Shown here in pieces: positions 1 through 8,226 of a stretch of 24,144 nucleotides of DNA; within the stretch, counting starts at the first letter, position 1, and every line of letters begins with the position of its first letter. Location: the NCBI GenBank assembly GCA_020629595.1, contig JAHDDA010000002.1:2129-26272 (forward strand), read 5' to 3'. The DNA comes from Chitinophagales bacterium. GTDB lineage: Bacteria; Bacteroidota; Bacteroidia; Chitinophagales; UBA2359. The notes below the pieces were generated by a model. The model ran no database searches. It saw only the letters and a program-made list of their open reading frames with translations, and was not told where the DNA came from. Position numbers and translations under genes: made by a program.

Positions 1-989
1 CCCATTTGTTGGTAACGTTTAATTTTATTTAAAATTTGATCGGGTGTTCCAACCAAAGCCGCACCACAGCCCGACCTTGCTCTACCAATCCCAGTCCATA
101 AAATATCTTCTGCAAAACCATCGGCATCTGAAATTTCTCTCATTCCTGCCTGTCTTGCTACCCCTAAACTTTTGGCATCTAAGGCTCTATTTCTAATTTC
201 TTCTCCTTTTTCTACTTCTAACTTCGACATTAGCTGTTTTGCATAAGCTCTTGCCTCTTTTTCCGTTTCACGAACAATTACGTGAATACGCAAACCAAAG
301 TCAACTTTTCTATTATATTCAGCAGCCTTATTGCTCATATTCAACATTAACTCTTGTAATTTAGTCTCTGTTTCAGGCCACATTAAATAAACATCACAAT
401 GTTCAGCACATAAATCAACACCTGGAGGAGAATACCCACCAAAATACAATAATGGTCCACCATTTTGCTGGTATGGCTTTACTGGATTTGTAGGCAATTG
501 AATATTATAAAACTGACCACTAAAATCTATAAAATCTTGAGTCCATGATTGTTTCAAAATTTCTATTACTTCTCTAGAACGTTGGTATCTATCGGCTGAA
601 GATAAATCAGTTCCTGGTAAGTTTGAAGAAATAATATTTATGGTTAACCTACCTTTTAAAATATGATCTAAAGTGGCAATTGCTCTTGCTAACATTGGAG
701 GATGCACCTCACCACAACGTATGGCGGCTAATAAATTAATATTTTTAGTTAATGGTGCTACTGCTGAGGCAAAAGTCCAAGTATCTTGCCCGACTTGATA
801 CGATGATGGACATAATATATTTCTAAATCCTAACTCATCAGCTTTCAAAAGTATTTTTGAGGCATTTTGCCAGTTACTTTTATATTGCATAGGCATTTCT
901 CCCAAAAAATCAGTATCTCCATTACAAATTGGTGCAAACCAAGAAATTTCCAATTTATTCAAATTTGCAGAACGTATATTTATAGCCAC
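1..989 (-). CDS. LLM-class (luciferase-like) flavin-dependent monooxygenase, SmoC/SquD sulfoquinovose monooxygenase-like; 3' end runs off the window
   Basis: Not in ORF track. Manual translation of the minus strand gives an open frame from GTG at 989 (in-frame TAG at 993-995; TTG at 962 is an alternative start) to base 1: ...EISWFAPICNGD...GFRNILCPSSYQVGQDTW...LLAAIRCGEVHPPMLARAIATLDHILKGRLTINIISS...PYQQNGGPLLYFGGYS...CDVYLMWPET...DFGLRIHVIVRETE...LWTGIGRARSGCGAALVGTPDQI. LLM family is secure; the SQ-monooxygenase subfamily call rests on recalled similarity. Confidence 0.9.
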   Translation of the reverse strand, partial: MAINIRSANLNKLEISWFAPICNGDTDFLGEMPMQYKSNWQNASKILLKADELGFRNILCPSSYQVGQDTWTFASAVAPLTKNINLLAAIRCGEVHPPMLARAIATLDHILKGRLTINIISSNLPGTDLSSADRYQRSREVIEILKQSWTQDFIDFSGQFYNIQLPTNPVKPYQQNGGPLLYFGGYSPPGVDLCAEHCDVYLMWPETETKLQELMLNMSNKAAEYNRKVDFGLRIHVIVRETEKEARAYAKQLMSKLEVEKGEEIRNRALDAKSLGVARQAGMREISDADGFAEDILWTGIGRARSGCGAALVGTPDQILNKIKRYQQM

Positions 990-1017
990 ACTCTATTGTT
1001 TTGTAATTTCGCAATAT

Positions 1018-1860
1018 ATGCAAGATAAAAACTCAAACTTAAATAAATTTAGTTTTAAATCCATATTTCTAAATGATAATTTTATTATTTGGATAATAGT
1101 TATTGATGCCATTTTAATTTATTGCGATGGTTTTGGAGGATACGATTTAAACAAAATAAGTAATTACATCACTATTTTTTATGTAATTGAAGTATTAGTG
1201 AAGTTACACCATTATGGTTTTAAGAAATATTTCTCAAGTGGATGGAATAGGTTTGATTTTGCTATTGTAGCCATTTCAATAATAGATTTAGTAAGTCATT
1301 CTTTAATTGGATTATCGGCTCTGAGAGTTTTTAGAGTGGTTAAAACGCTTAGGTTAATTAAATTTATTCCTGATATTGATAATATTTTAGCAGGCTTAAA
1401 AAGAGCAATGGCTTCTTCGGTTTTTGTTATTTTAATTTTTGTAATTTTCTTGCACATTAGTTCTGTTTTTACTACAAACTTATTTAAAGAAAAATCTCCC
1501 GAACACTTTGGTAATACAGTAAAATCTACCTATTCCATTTTTAAAGTAATTACTTTAGAAGGTTGGTTCGATATATCAGAAAGTGTAGCTCATTCATTTG
1601 ATTCCAAAAACCCAAATGACGAAACAGGGGTTGAAGAGGTAGATGGAAACGATATGAGAGCAGTAACAACTACAATTTTCTTTATATCTATCGTATTTTT
1701 TGGCGGAATTATTGGAATTTCATTAATAAACTCCATTTTTGTAGAAACAATGATGAGTGACAATAATGATCCTGTAAACGATAAACTTAAAGATTTAGAA
1801 GGGAAATTAGCTAATTTAGAGGACAAAATAGACTTATTACTTTCTCAAAAAAACAAATAA
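1018..1860 (+). CDS. Bacterial voltage-gated cation channel (BacNav/Ion_trans 6TM family), filter TLEGWFD
   Basis: Six hydrophobic segments, S2 FxxExxxK, S3 WNRFDF, S4 with basic residue every third position (LRVFRVVKTLRLIK), pore HFG...FKVITLEGW, S6 ending FVETM, C-terminal heptad coiled coil (KLKDLEGKLANLEDKIDLL). Confidence 0.93.
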   Translation: MQDKNSNLNKFSFKSIFLNDNFIIWIIVIDAILIYCDGFGGYDLNKISNYITIFYVIEVLVKLHHYGFKKYFSSGWNRFDFAIVAISIIDLVSHSLIGLSALRVFRVVKTLRLIKFIPDIDNILAGLKRAMASSVFVILIFVIFLHISSVFTTNLFKEKSPEHFGNTVKSTYSIFKVITLEGWFDISESVAHSFDSKNPNDETGVEEVDGNDMRAVTTTIFFISIVFFGGIIGISLINSIFVETMMSDNNDPVNDKLKDLEGKLANLEDKIDLLLSQKNK

Positions 1861-1861
1861 A

Positions 1862-2410
1862 ATGCCATCAGCTTTTGCCCATAGCCTTGTTGCTTTTACA
1901 TTCTCAAAATTTGTAAAGGCAAAGTATTACTCAATTAGTTTATTATTTTGGGGAATTTTTTGTAGTTCTATTCCAGATGCAGATGTAATAATGTTCAAAT
2001 TTGGCTATGATTATAGTCACTTTTTAGGACATCGTGGCTTTTTTCACTCATTAGCGTTTTGTTGTTGTCTTGCTGCTTTTATTACTTTGGGTTATTTACT
2101 TTTTACAAAAACTAGCATTAAGAGAGGAATAGTCATTTTCATATTCTTGGCACTTTGCTCTTGTTCTCATGGACTTTTAGATACTTTAACAAGTGGTGGT
2201 TTAGGCATTGCTTTATTCTCTCCATTTGATGATACACGCTATTTTGCTCCGTTTCGTCCTATAAAAGTCTCTCCTATTGGTATCGAAAAATTCTTTTCAG
2301 AGTGGGGTTTAAAAGTGTTAATTAGTGAATTTAAGTGGATTGGCGTACCTTGTATAATTCTTATAGTTATTCAATATTTAGCTAATAAAATTTTCAATTT
2401 TTCTAAGTGA
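1862..2410 (+). CDS. Membrane-bound metal-dependent hydrolase, YdjM/DUF457-like
   Basis: Motifs AHS, PDAD, GHRGFFHSL, SHGLLD, GLGIALFSPF typical of the family; hydrophobic helices; starts 1 nt after the channel stop. Confidence 0.85.
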   Translation: MPSAFAHSLVAFTFSKFVKAKYYSISLLFWGIFCSSIPDADVIMFKFGYDYSHFLGHRGFFHSLAFCCCLAAFITLGYLLFTKTSIKRGIVIFIFLALCSCSHGLLDTLTSGGLGIALFSPFDDTRYFAPFRPIKVSPIGIEKFFSEWGLKVLISEFKWIGVPCIILIVIQYLANKIFNFSK

Positions 2411-3042
2411 AAGCAATCTTATTTATAACATTTTTTACTTGTTTTAACCTATCGGGACAAGAAATTTTAGACAGTTTAATTCAGCGTAATTTATTAGAAG
2501 AAAACAGCGTTAAATTTGGAAAAAATAAAGTATTTACTAAAGATTTAGAAACAGAAGCATTTACAGCCATTTCTTTTTTTGAAGAATTAACAAGCACGAA
2601 AATAAAACTAAAAAGAGCCAATATAAACACTAGTTTAAACTGCCGACCAACTTTATTTTCTTTACTTTTTAGAAAGCAAAACAACAGAAAATACATTGTA
2701 AGAGTAGCAAGAAAACCTAAAAATGGAAGCATTACAATTGATGGTGCTAATTTTAATGCGAAAGTTGGTGTTTTAGCTCACGAATTTAGCCATATTATTG
2801 ATTATTCTAATAGAGACTTTTGGGGAATTTTAAAAAGGCTATTAGATTATAGAAGTAGTAAAACTATTGAACTTTACGAAAAAGAAATAGATAAATTGAC
2901 TATTTCTAAAGGATTAGGCTTTCAGCTTTTAGAATGGTCGAAATACGTATTACAAAACCCAAATGCGAGTGAAGAATACAAGAAATTTAAGAAAGAAATA
3001 TATTTAGAACCCAACGAAATAAAAGAAGAAATGATAAATTAA
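2407..3042 (+). CDS. Secreted hypothetical protein with HExxH motif (putative zinc metalloprotease fold)
   Basis: GTG start overlapping upstream TGA (GTGA); signal-peptide-like N-terminus (MKAILFITFFTCFNLSGQ); GVLAHEFSHIIDY followed by a downstream E-xx-x-D (YEKEID). Confidence 0.7.
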   Translation: MKAILFITFFTCFNLSGQEILDSLIQRNLLEENSVKFGKNKVFTKDLETEAFTAISFFEELTSTKIKLKRANINTSLNCRPTLFSLLFRKQNNRKYIVRVARKPKNGSITIDGANFNAKVGVLAHEFSHIIDYSNRDFWGILKRLLDYRSSKTIELYEKEIDKLTISKGLGFQLLEWSKYVLQNPNASEEYKKFKKEIYLEPNEIKEEMIN

Positions 3043-3066
3043 AGACGTAGTAAATCCACGCCTTTA
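3040..3066. terminator. Hairpin between convergent genes (possible bidirectional terminator; also REP-like)
   Basis: Minus strand TAAAGGCGTGG-ATTTA-CTACGTCTTTA forms an 11-bp stem with two G-U pairs, between the stops at 3042 and 3090. Confidence 0.5.
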
Positions 3067-3089
3067 ATTTATCATTATAATTTTCAAAT

Positions 3090-4046
3090 TTAAGCATTAG
3101 ACAACTCAAACTCTCGAGCAGCAATGTATCTTTCAGCTTCAAGTGCAGCCATACAGCCTGTACCCGCCGCCGTAACAGCTTGTCGATAAACGTGATCTTG
3201 CACATCACCACCAGCATAAACGCCAACCATATTTGTTTCCGTAGAGTCTGCTTTGGTAACTAAATATCCATTACTATCCATATCTAAAACTCCTTTGAAT
3301 AAATCGGTATTGGGTTTATGACCTATTGCCACAAAAAAACCAGTTAAAGGAATTTCCGAAACTTCTTGAGTTTTATTGTTGATTATTCTTGCACCTGTAA
3401 CCCCTTCATCTCCTAAAACTTCTTGTGTTTCGGTGTTCCAATGAACAATAATATTTTCAGCCTGATGAACACGTTCTTGCATAATCTTAGAAGCACGCAT
3501 TTCATCTCTACGCACCAACATGTGTACTTTATTACAAAGTTTTGATAAATATAATGCCTCTTCAGCAGCAGTATCACCAGCTCCAACAACAGCTACATCT
3601 TGCCCTTTGTAAAAGAAGCCGTCACAAACAGCACAGGCAGAAACTCCACCACCTGCATCACGTAAACGAATTTCTGACTCTAACCCCAACCATTTGGCAG
3701 ATGCGCCTGTACAAATTATAACCGTTTCTGCTTCAATAGAGGCTTCTTCAGCATCATCTACAAAAATTTTGTGTTCTCCTTCTTTAAAGTCAACTTTGGT
3801 AACCATTCCAAAACGAATATCCGTTCCAAAACGATCAGCTTGTTTTCTAAAGTCTTCCATCATTTCAGGTCCCATTATTCCAGCAGGATAACCAGGATAA
3901 TTTTCTACTTCTGTGGTATCCATTAATTGACCTCCCATTTTCATACCCGTTACCATAACTGGGTTTAAACCTGCACGAGCAGCATAAATTGCGGCTGTAT
4001 ATCCAGCAGGACCTGAGCCGATAATTAAACATTTTACTTTTTCCAT
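3090..4046 (-). CDS. trxB: Thioredoxin-disulfide reductase
   Basis: IIGSGPAGYTAAIYAARA, GGQL, redox motif SACAVCDG, VVGAGDTAAEEALYL, GDVQDHVYRQAVTAAGTGCMAAL. Confidence 0.97.
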   Translation of the reverse strand: MEKVKCLIIGSGPAGYTAAIYAARAGLNPVMVTGMKMGGQLMDTTEVENYPGYPAGIMGPEMMEDFRKQADRFGTDIRFGMVTKVDFKEGEHKIFVDDAEEASIEAETVIICTGASAKWLGLESEIRLRDAGGGVSACAVCDGFFYKGQDVAVVGAGDTAAEEALYLSKLCNKVHMLVRRDEMRASKIMQERVHQAENIIVHWNTETQEVLGDEGVTGARIINNKTQEVSEIPLTGFFVAIGHKPNTDLFKGVLDMDSNGYLVTKADSTETNMVGVYAGGDVQDHVYRQAVTAAGTGCMAALEAERYIAAREFELSNA

Positions 4047-4082
4047 ATCAATAATATCATCCCAATGGGAATTTTTTAAAAA

Positions 4083-5741
4083 TTAAACTTTCCTTTTTAC
4101 GCCTGCAAATTTAAAACTATTTGTAAACTTGCTCACAATTAAATTAAAAATGAAAAACACACTAAATCCAAGTGCAAAACGGCTAATTATATCACCATAT
4201 TTACTAAAGAAAGTAAAATCTGAGTTTGCAAGTATTTTTTTTCTAATTACAGCATCTTCATTATACTTTGTTGCTTGGTGAATTATACCTTTTTGATCGA
4301 TAAAACAAGAGATTCCAGTATTAGCCGAACGAGCTATTGACCTTCTATTTTCGATTGCTCTTAATGATGCATATTTTAAATGTTGCTGATGCCCAGGTGT
4401 TTCTCCCCACCAAGCATCATTTGTAATTATAAAAATTAAATTTGCTCCTTTTCTTATATACTCAGTTACATATTCGGCATACACCGACTCGTAACAAATT
4501 ACTGGTGCAACGCCAATTGAATCTTCATTAAAAAAAACTTCTCTTTCGTTTTGCATTCCCAAACTTCCAGCAATTCCACCTAAATCAATAGCAAAATTGT
4601 TTAAAATTGTACCAAAAATTTGAGGGTAAGGCATTCTCTCAACACCTGGTACTAATTTTGATTTAATATAATGTTCTACTTCAATATTTTTTGCATTTAA
4701 TTCAATAGCGGCATTGTAAACATCGTAATAATTTCCTTTATTGTTTTTAAACTCACGTGCAGTTATTGATTCGTTTTTATTCTTATATTTTTGAAGGCTT
4801 GTTACGCCAGAAACTAAGGTTAAATTAGGGTAACTTTCAAGTAACTTTCTACATTCAATAATTGGAAAAGATTGCTCTAACTCGTGTAACCAAACAGATT
4901 GAGGTAATGAAGTTTCTGGGAAAACAAGGTAATCTGTTTTTTCATCTAATAGCCTTTTTGATAAAGAAACAAACTTTTCCATTTGTGCAAATTTCTGACT
5001 TCTATCCCATTTTTCGTAAGGATCAATATTGGGTTGAAGCACCACAATATCAATTTCTTTACCTTTTGGCTGATAGGTATTGAAAAGAAAAATTGAAACA
5101 ATTATTGGAAAAATAATTAAGGTTAAAGGCGTTTTAATTGTTTTAAAAAGGAAGCCATAATTTTCTACAATATTATTTGAGTTTGGAATAAAATTTTTAG
5201 CATTTTTTAATGCTTGAAACATAGAAATATTGACCAATAAAACCCATAATGTACCACCCGAATTTCCAGTGTATTCATACCATTGAATAAGTTGCGGAAC
5301 TTCAGCAAAAACGTTTCCTAATGTGAGCCAGGGCCAAGAAATCTCCCAAATTTGATGTATATATTCAAAACTTAACCAATAGGCAATTAATGCGGAAATT
5401 CCAACAGAATTACCTAATCTTTTTTTAGTTATATAATAAAGTAAAATGGGCAAAAACATTAAAAATGAATTGGCTATATTTGCCATTATCGCACCCCCTA
5501 AAGATGCATTTTTAACCCACCAAGTTGTAAGAACATTCCATACGATAAAAAAAATATACGTGGCGAAAAATAACTTGCGTTTTGGGTTTTTGTAATTAGA
5601 ATTGGCAATATTTTCTACTACAAATAACAATGGCAACCAAGCAATAAATATTAATGGAAAAAATAAAGATGGCGACCAAGCTAACCAACTTAAAACGCCT
5701 CCTACAACAGCTAAAAAGTAATTTGATTTTAATAATTTCAT
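4083..5741 (-). CDS. lnt: Apolipoprotein N-acyltransferase
   Basis: Multi-TM N-terminus, PWLTLG motif, nitrilase-fold triad FPETS (E), KSKLVPGVE (K), ICYES (C), ITNDAWWG, RAIENRRSIARSANTGIS. Confidence 0.95.
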   Translation of the reverse strand: MKLLKSNYFLAVVGGVLSWLAWSPSLFFPLIFIAWLPLLFVVENIANSNYKNPKRKLFFATYIFFIVWNVLTTWWVKNASLGGAIMANIANSFLMFLPILLYYITKKRLGNSVGISALIAYWLSFEYIHQIWEISWPWLTLGNVFAEVPQLIQWYEYTGNSGGTLWVLLVNISMFQALKNAKNFIPNSNNIVENYGFLFKTIKTPLTLIIFPIIVSIFLFNTYQPKGKEIDIVVLQPNIDPYEKWDRSQKFAQMEKFVSLSKRLLDEKTDYLVFPETSLPQSVWLHELEQSFPIIECRKLLESYPNLTLVSGVTSLQKYKNKNESITAREFKNNKGNYYDVYNAAIELNAKNIEVEHYIKSKLVPGVERMPYPQIFGTILNNFAIDLGGIAGSLGMQNEREVFFNEDSIGVAPVICYESVYAEYVTEYIRKGANLIFIITNDAWWGETPGHQQHLKYASLRAIENRRSIARSANTGISCFIDQKGIIHQATKYNEDAVIRKKILANSDFTFFSKYGDIISRFALGFSVFFIFNLIVSKFTNSFKFAGVKRKV

Positions 5742-5749
5742 TGCTAATG

Positions 5750-5757
5750 CAAAAGTA
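5750..5757 (-). promoter_or_regulatory. Bacteroidetes -7 promoter element TACTTTTG upstream of lnt
   Basis: Exact TAnnTTTG match followed by CA, 8 nt before the lnt ATG. Confidence 0.55.
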
Positions 5758-5827
5758 TTAGCTTTTATAAATAATATGAAGTTAAGAATTATTAATTTTC
5801 ATTAAACTCTAAAAGTAAAGTATTCAC

Positions 5828-6490
5828 TTAAGTAGCACTTAAAACAATTACAAATTCTCCTTTCGGTTTTTTGTTTTCAAAATGTTGAGCAACTTCAACT
5901 AATGTACCTCGAACTGTTTCTTCATACATTTTAGAAATTTCTCTTGAAACCGATACTTTTCTTTCTTCTCCACAAAACTCTGCTAATTGCTTTAAGCATT
6001 TGACAATTCTATGTGGCGATTCATAAAGTACAACTGTTTTTGATTCTTGAGCAATGGCTTTAATTCTAGTTTGTCGTCCTTTTTTTTGAGGTAAAAACCC
6101 TTCATAAACAAACTTTTCACAAGGAAAACCACTCATTACAACAGCAGGCACAAATGCAGTAGCGCCTGGCAAACAAGTAATTTCAATATTTTCTTCTATA
6201 CATTTTCTCACTAACAAAAATCCTGGATCTGAAATTGCAGGCGTTCCAGCATCTGACACTAATGCAATTTGTTGTCCATTTTTTAAGGCTTCTATATGTT
6301 TTTCTAAAACTTTATGTTCATTATGGGCATGAAAAGATTGTATGCTGTTTTCAATAGCGAAGTGTTGCATTAATCTTTTAGTAACTCTTGTATCTTCTGC
6401 TAAAATTAAGTTTACTTCTTTCAGAACTTCAACAGCTCTAAAAGTCATATCTTTTAAATTACCAATTGGTGTTGGAACAATGTAAAGCAT
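5828..6490 (-). CDS. rsmI: 16S rRNA (cytidine1402-2'-O)-methyltransferase
   Basis: LYIVPTPIGNLKDMTFRAVEVL, LAEDTR, LVSDAGTPAISDPG, YEGFLP, YESPHR, RE(I)SKMYEE, KGEFV. Confidence 0.97.
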   Translation of the reverse strand: MLYIVPTPIGNLKDMTFRAVEVLKEVNLILAEDTRVTKRLMQHFAIENSIQSFHAHNEHKVLEKHIEALKNGQQIALVSDAGTPAISDPGFLLVRKCIEENIEITCLPGATAFVPAVVMSGFPCEKFVYEGFLPQKKGRQTRIKAIAQESKTVVLYESPHRIVKCLKQLAEFCGEERKVSVSREISKMYEETVRGTLVEVAQHFENKKPKGEFVIVLSAT

Positions 6491-6495
6491 TTACT

Positions 6496-6969
6496 TTATT
6501 CTTGATATAAATCTAATGGTCTATTAATACTTTCTTCTAAAGAAATTAGCGTTTCTGTTCTTTGAACTCCGTCAATTTGTTGAACCTTATCATAAATAAC
6601 TGTTCTTAAATGATCTGTATCTCTACAAATAATTTTTACAAGTAATCCGTAACTCCCAGTTGTATAATTAGCAGTTAAAACCTCTGGAATTTTAACCAAT
6701 TCTTCAACAACACTTTCATATTTTGAACTTTTTGTTAAGTAGATTCCCAAAAATGCAGTAATATCATAGCCTAAAAGTTTGTGATCAACCTTTAATTGTT
6801 GCTGTAACGCAATTTTCATTTGCTCTAACTTTTTAATTCTTACGTGTACAGTTCCACCTGAACAATGTAATCTTTCTCCAATTACACTATACGGGGTTTT
6901 AGCATTTTTAACTAAGATTGATAAAATCTTTAAATCAAGCTCATCATATTCTAAATCCTTGTCTTTCAT
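6496..6969 (-). CDS. Lrp/AsnC family transcriptional regulator
   Basis: D-LDLKILSIL...A..PYS.IG..L..S.GTVHVRIKKL HTH and C-terminal RAM domain (TTGSYGLLVKI...GVQRTET). Confidence 0.93.
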   Translation of the reverse strand: MKDKDLEYDELDLKILSILVKNAKTPYSVIGERLHCSGGTVHVRIKKLEQMKIALQQQLKVDHKLLGYDITAFLGIYLTKSSKYESVVEELVKIPEVLTANYTTGSYGLLVKIICRDTDHLRTVIYDKVQQIDGVQRTETLISLEESINRPLDLYQE

Positions 6970-7075
6970 TTACTAATTTTAAAAAAATCAAAACAACCAA
7001 GAGTAAAAATAAACTATTTTTAATAAAATACCATTTTTTTAGTTGATTTTAAAACTATTTTTTCAAAATTTCAAA

Positions 7076-8224
7076 CTATTCATATTTCTTAGCTAATCTA
7101 AATGCAATTTCATCTACTTTCTGAATTACATATTTTATCTCATTATCTGTTAAACTCGGATACAATGGTAAAGTAATTGTTGAATCGCCAATGGCTTCTG
7201 CAATAGGAAAGTCATCGTAATCATAGCCGTATTTTTCTGCATAATATTGCATTAAGTGAATGGCTCTATAATTTACTGCACAACCAATTCCAGCTTTTTT
7301 TAGCTCTGTTAAAAATTCATCTCTATAAACTGGCGAAACCCAAATAGTATAAATGTGGCGTGCGTGGCGTGAACCTTTTTTAACATCTGGAATGGCTATT
7401 AAAGGATGGTCATCAAACGCTTCATCATACACTTTACAAATGGCTTCTCTTATTTGTAAGTTACCCAATAAATTATCTATTTGATTTATTAATAACGAAG
7501 CCTGTATATTATTCATATTGAATTTGAAGCCTAAAAACTCCATTTCATAATGTACATAATCGTTTTTATCGTGGCGTTGAAAGGCATTTTTATTAATACC
7601 ATGAATACGGGCTTTTTTTAACCAATTGGCGTATTCCAAATTATTGGTTACAACACAACCACCTTCTCCACAGGTCAAATTTTTGGTAGCATAAAAACTA
7701 AAACAAGCAAAATCACCTAACTCTCCTACTCCATAACCTTCTCTTTTACCTTCAATACAATGGCAAGCATCTTCAATAATTTTTAGCTTATGTTTATCGG
7801 CAATTTCTTTAACTTTTTTCATATCGCACATTTGACCATACAAATGCACAGGAATAATGGCTTTAGTTTTAGGTGTTATTGCTTTTTCAATTTCCGTTTC
7901 TTTAATTATGCCTGTTTCATCGCTTACATCTACAAAAATTGGTTTTGCCCCAACTTGCTCAATAGCGTTTGAAGTAGCCACAAAACTCATTGGACTTGTT
8001 ATTACTTCATCGCCAGCTTTAACACCAATACACTTCAATGCCATAATAAGCGAATTGGTACAGGAATTAGTGCCAATTGCATATTTTACGCCCAAAAATT
8101 TAGCAAATTTTCGTTCAAATTCTTCAACTACTTTTCCAGTAGTAAGAAACAAAGAATCTAAAACTTGAAGACAATTTTCTTTATCTGTTTGTGATAAGGA
8201 ATGTTTATAAAATTCGACTTTCAT
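7076..8224 (-). CDS. DegT/DnrJ/EryC1/StrS PLP-dependent sugar aminotransferase, ArnB-like
   Basis: GDEVIT, FVATSNAI, PIFVDV, KAIIPVHLYG, IIEDACH, FSFYATKNLTCGEGG (PLP lysine), GFKFNM. Confidence 0.93.
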   Translation of the reverse strand: MKVEFYKHSLSQTDKENCLQVLDSLFLTTGKVVEEFERKFAKFLGVKYAIGTNSCTNSLIMALKCIGVKAGDEVITSPMSFVATSNAIEQVGAKPIFVDVSDETGIIKETEIEKAITPKTKAIIPVHLYGQMCDMKKVKEIADKHKLKIIEDACHCIEGKREGYGVGELGDFACFSFYATKNLTCGEGGCVVTNNLEYANWLKKARIHGINKNAFQRHDKNDYVHYEMEFLGFKFNMNNIQASLLINQIDNLLGNLQIREAICKVYDEAFDDHPLIAIPDVKKGSRHARHIYTIWVSPVYRDEFLTELKKAGIGCAVNYRAIHLMQYYAEKYGYDYDDFPIAEAIGDSTITLPLYPSLTDNEIKYVIQKVDEIAFRLAKKYE

Positions 8225-8226
8225 TA

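Noticed and set aside
263-278. GTTTCACG half-match to the parS palindrome TGTTTCACGTGAAACA
   Set aside because: Only one half matches and it is inside the monooxygenase CDS; no full parS was seen in the window.
4056-4072. TCCCA-A-TGGGA mini-palindrome between lnt and trxB
   Set aside because: 5-bp arms with a 1-nt loop; too short to support as terminator or operator.
4083-5741. lnt as unusual for Bacteroidota
   Set aside because: Canonical intact Lnt; Bacteroides use a different enzyme (Lnb) but Lnt homologues are common in other Bacteroidota lineages.
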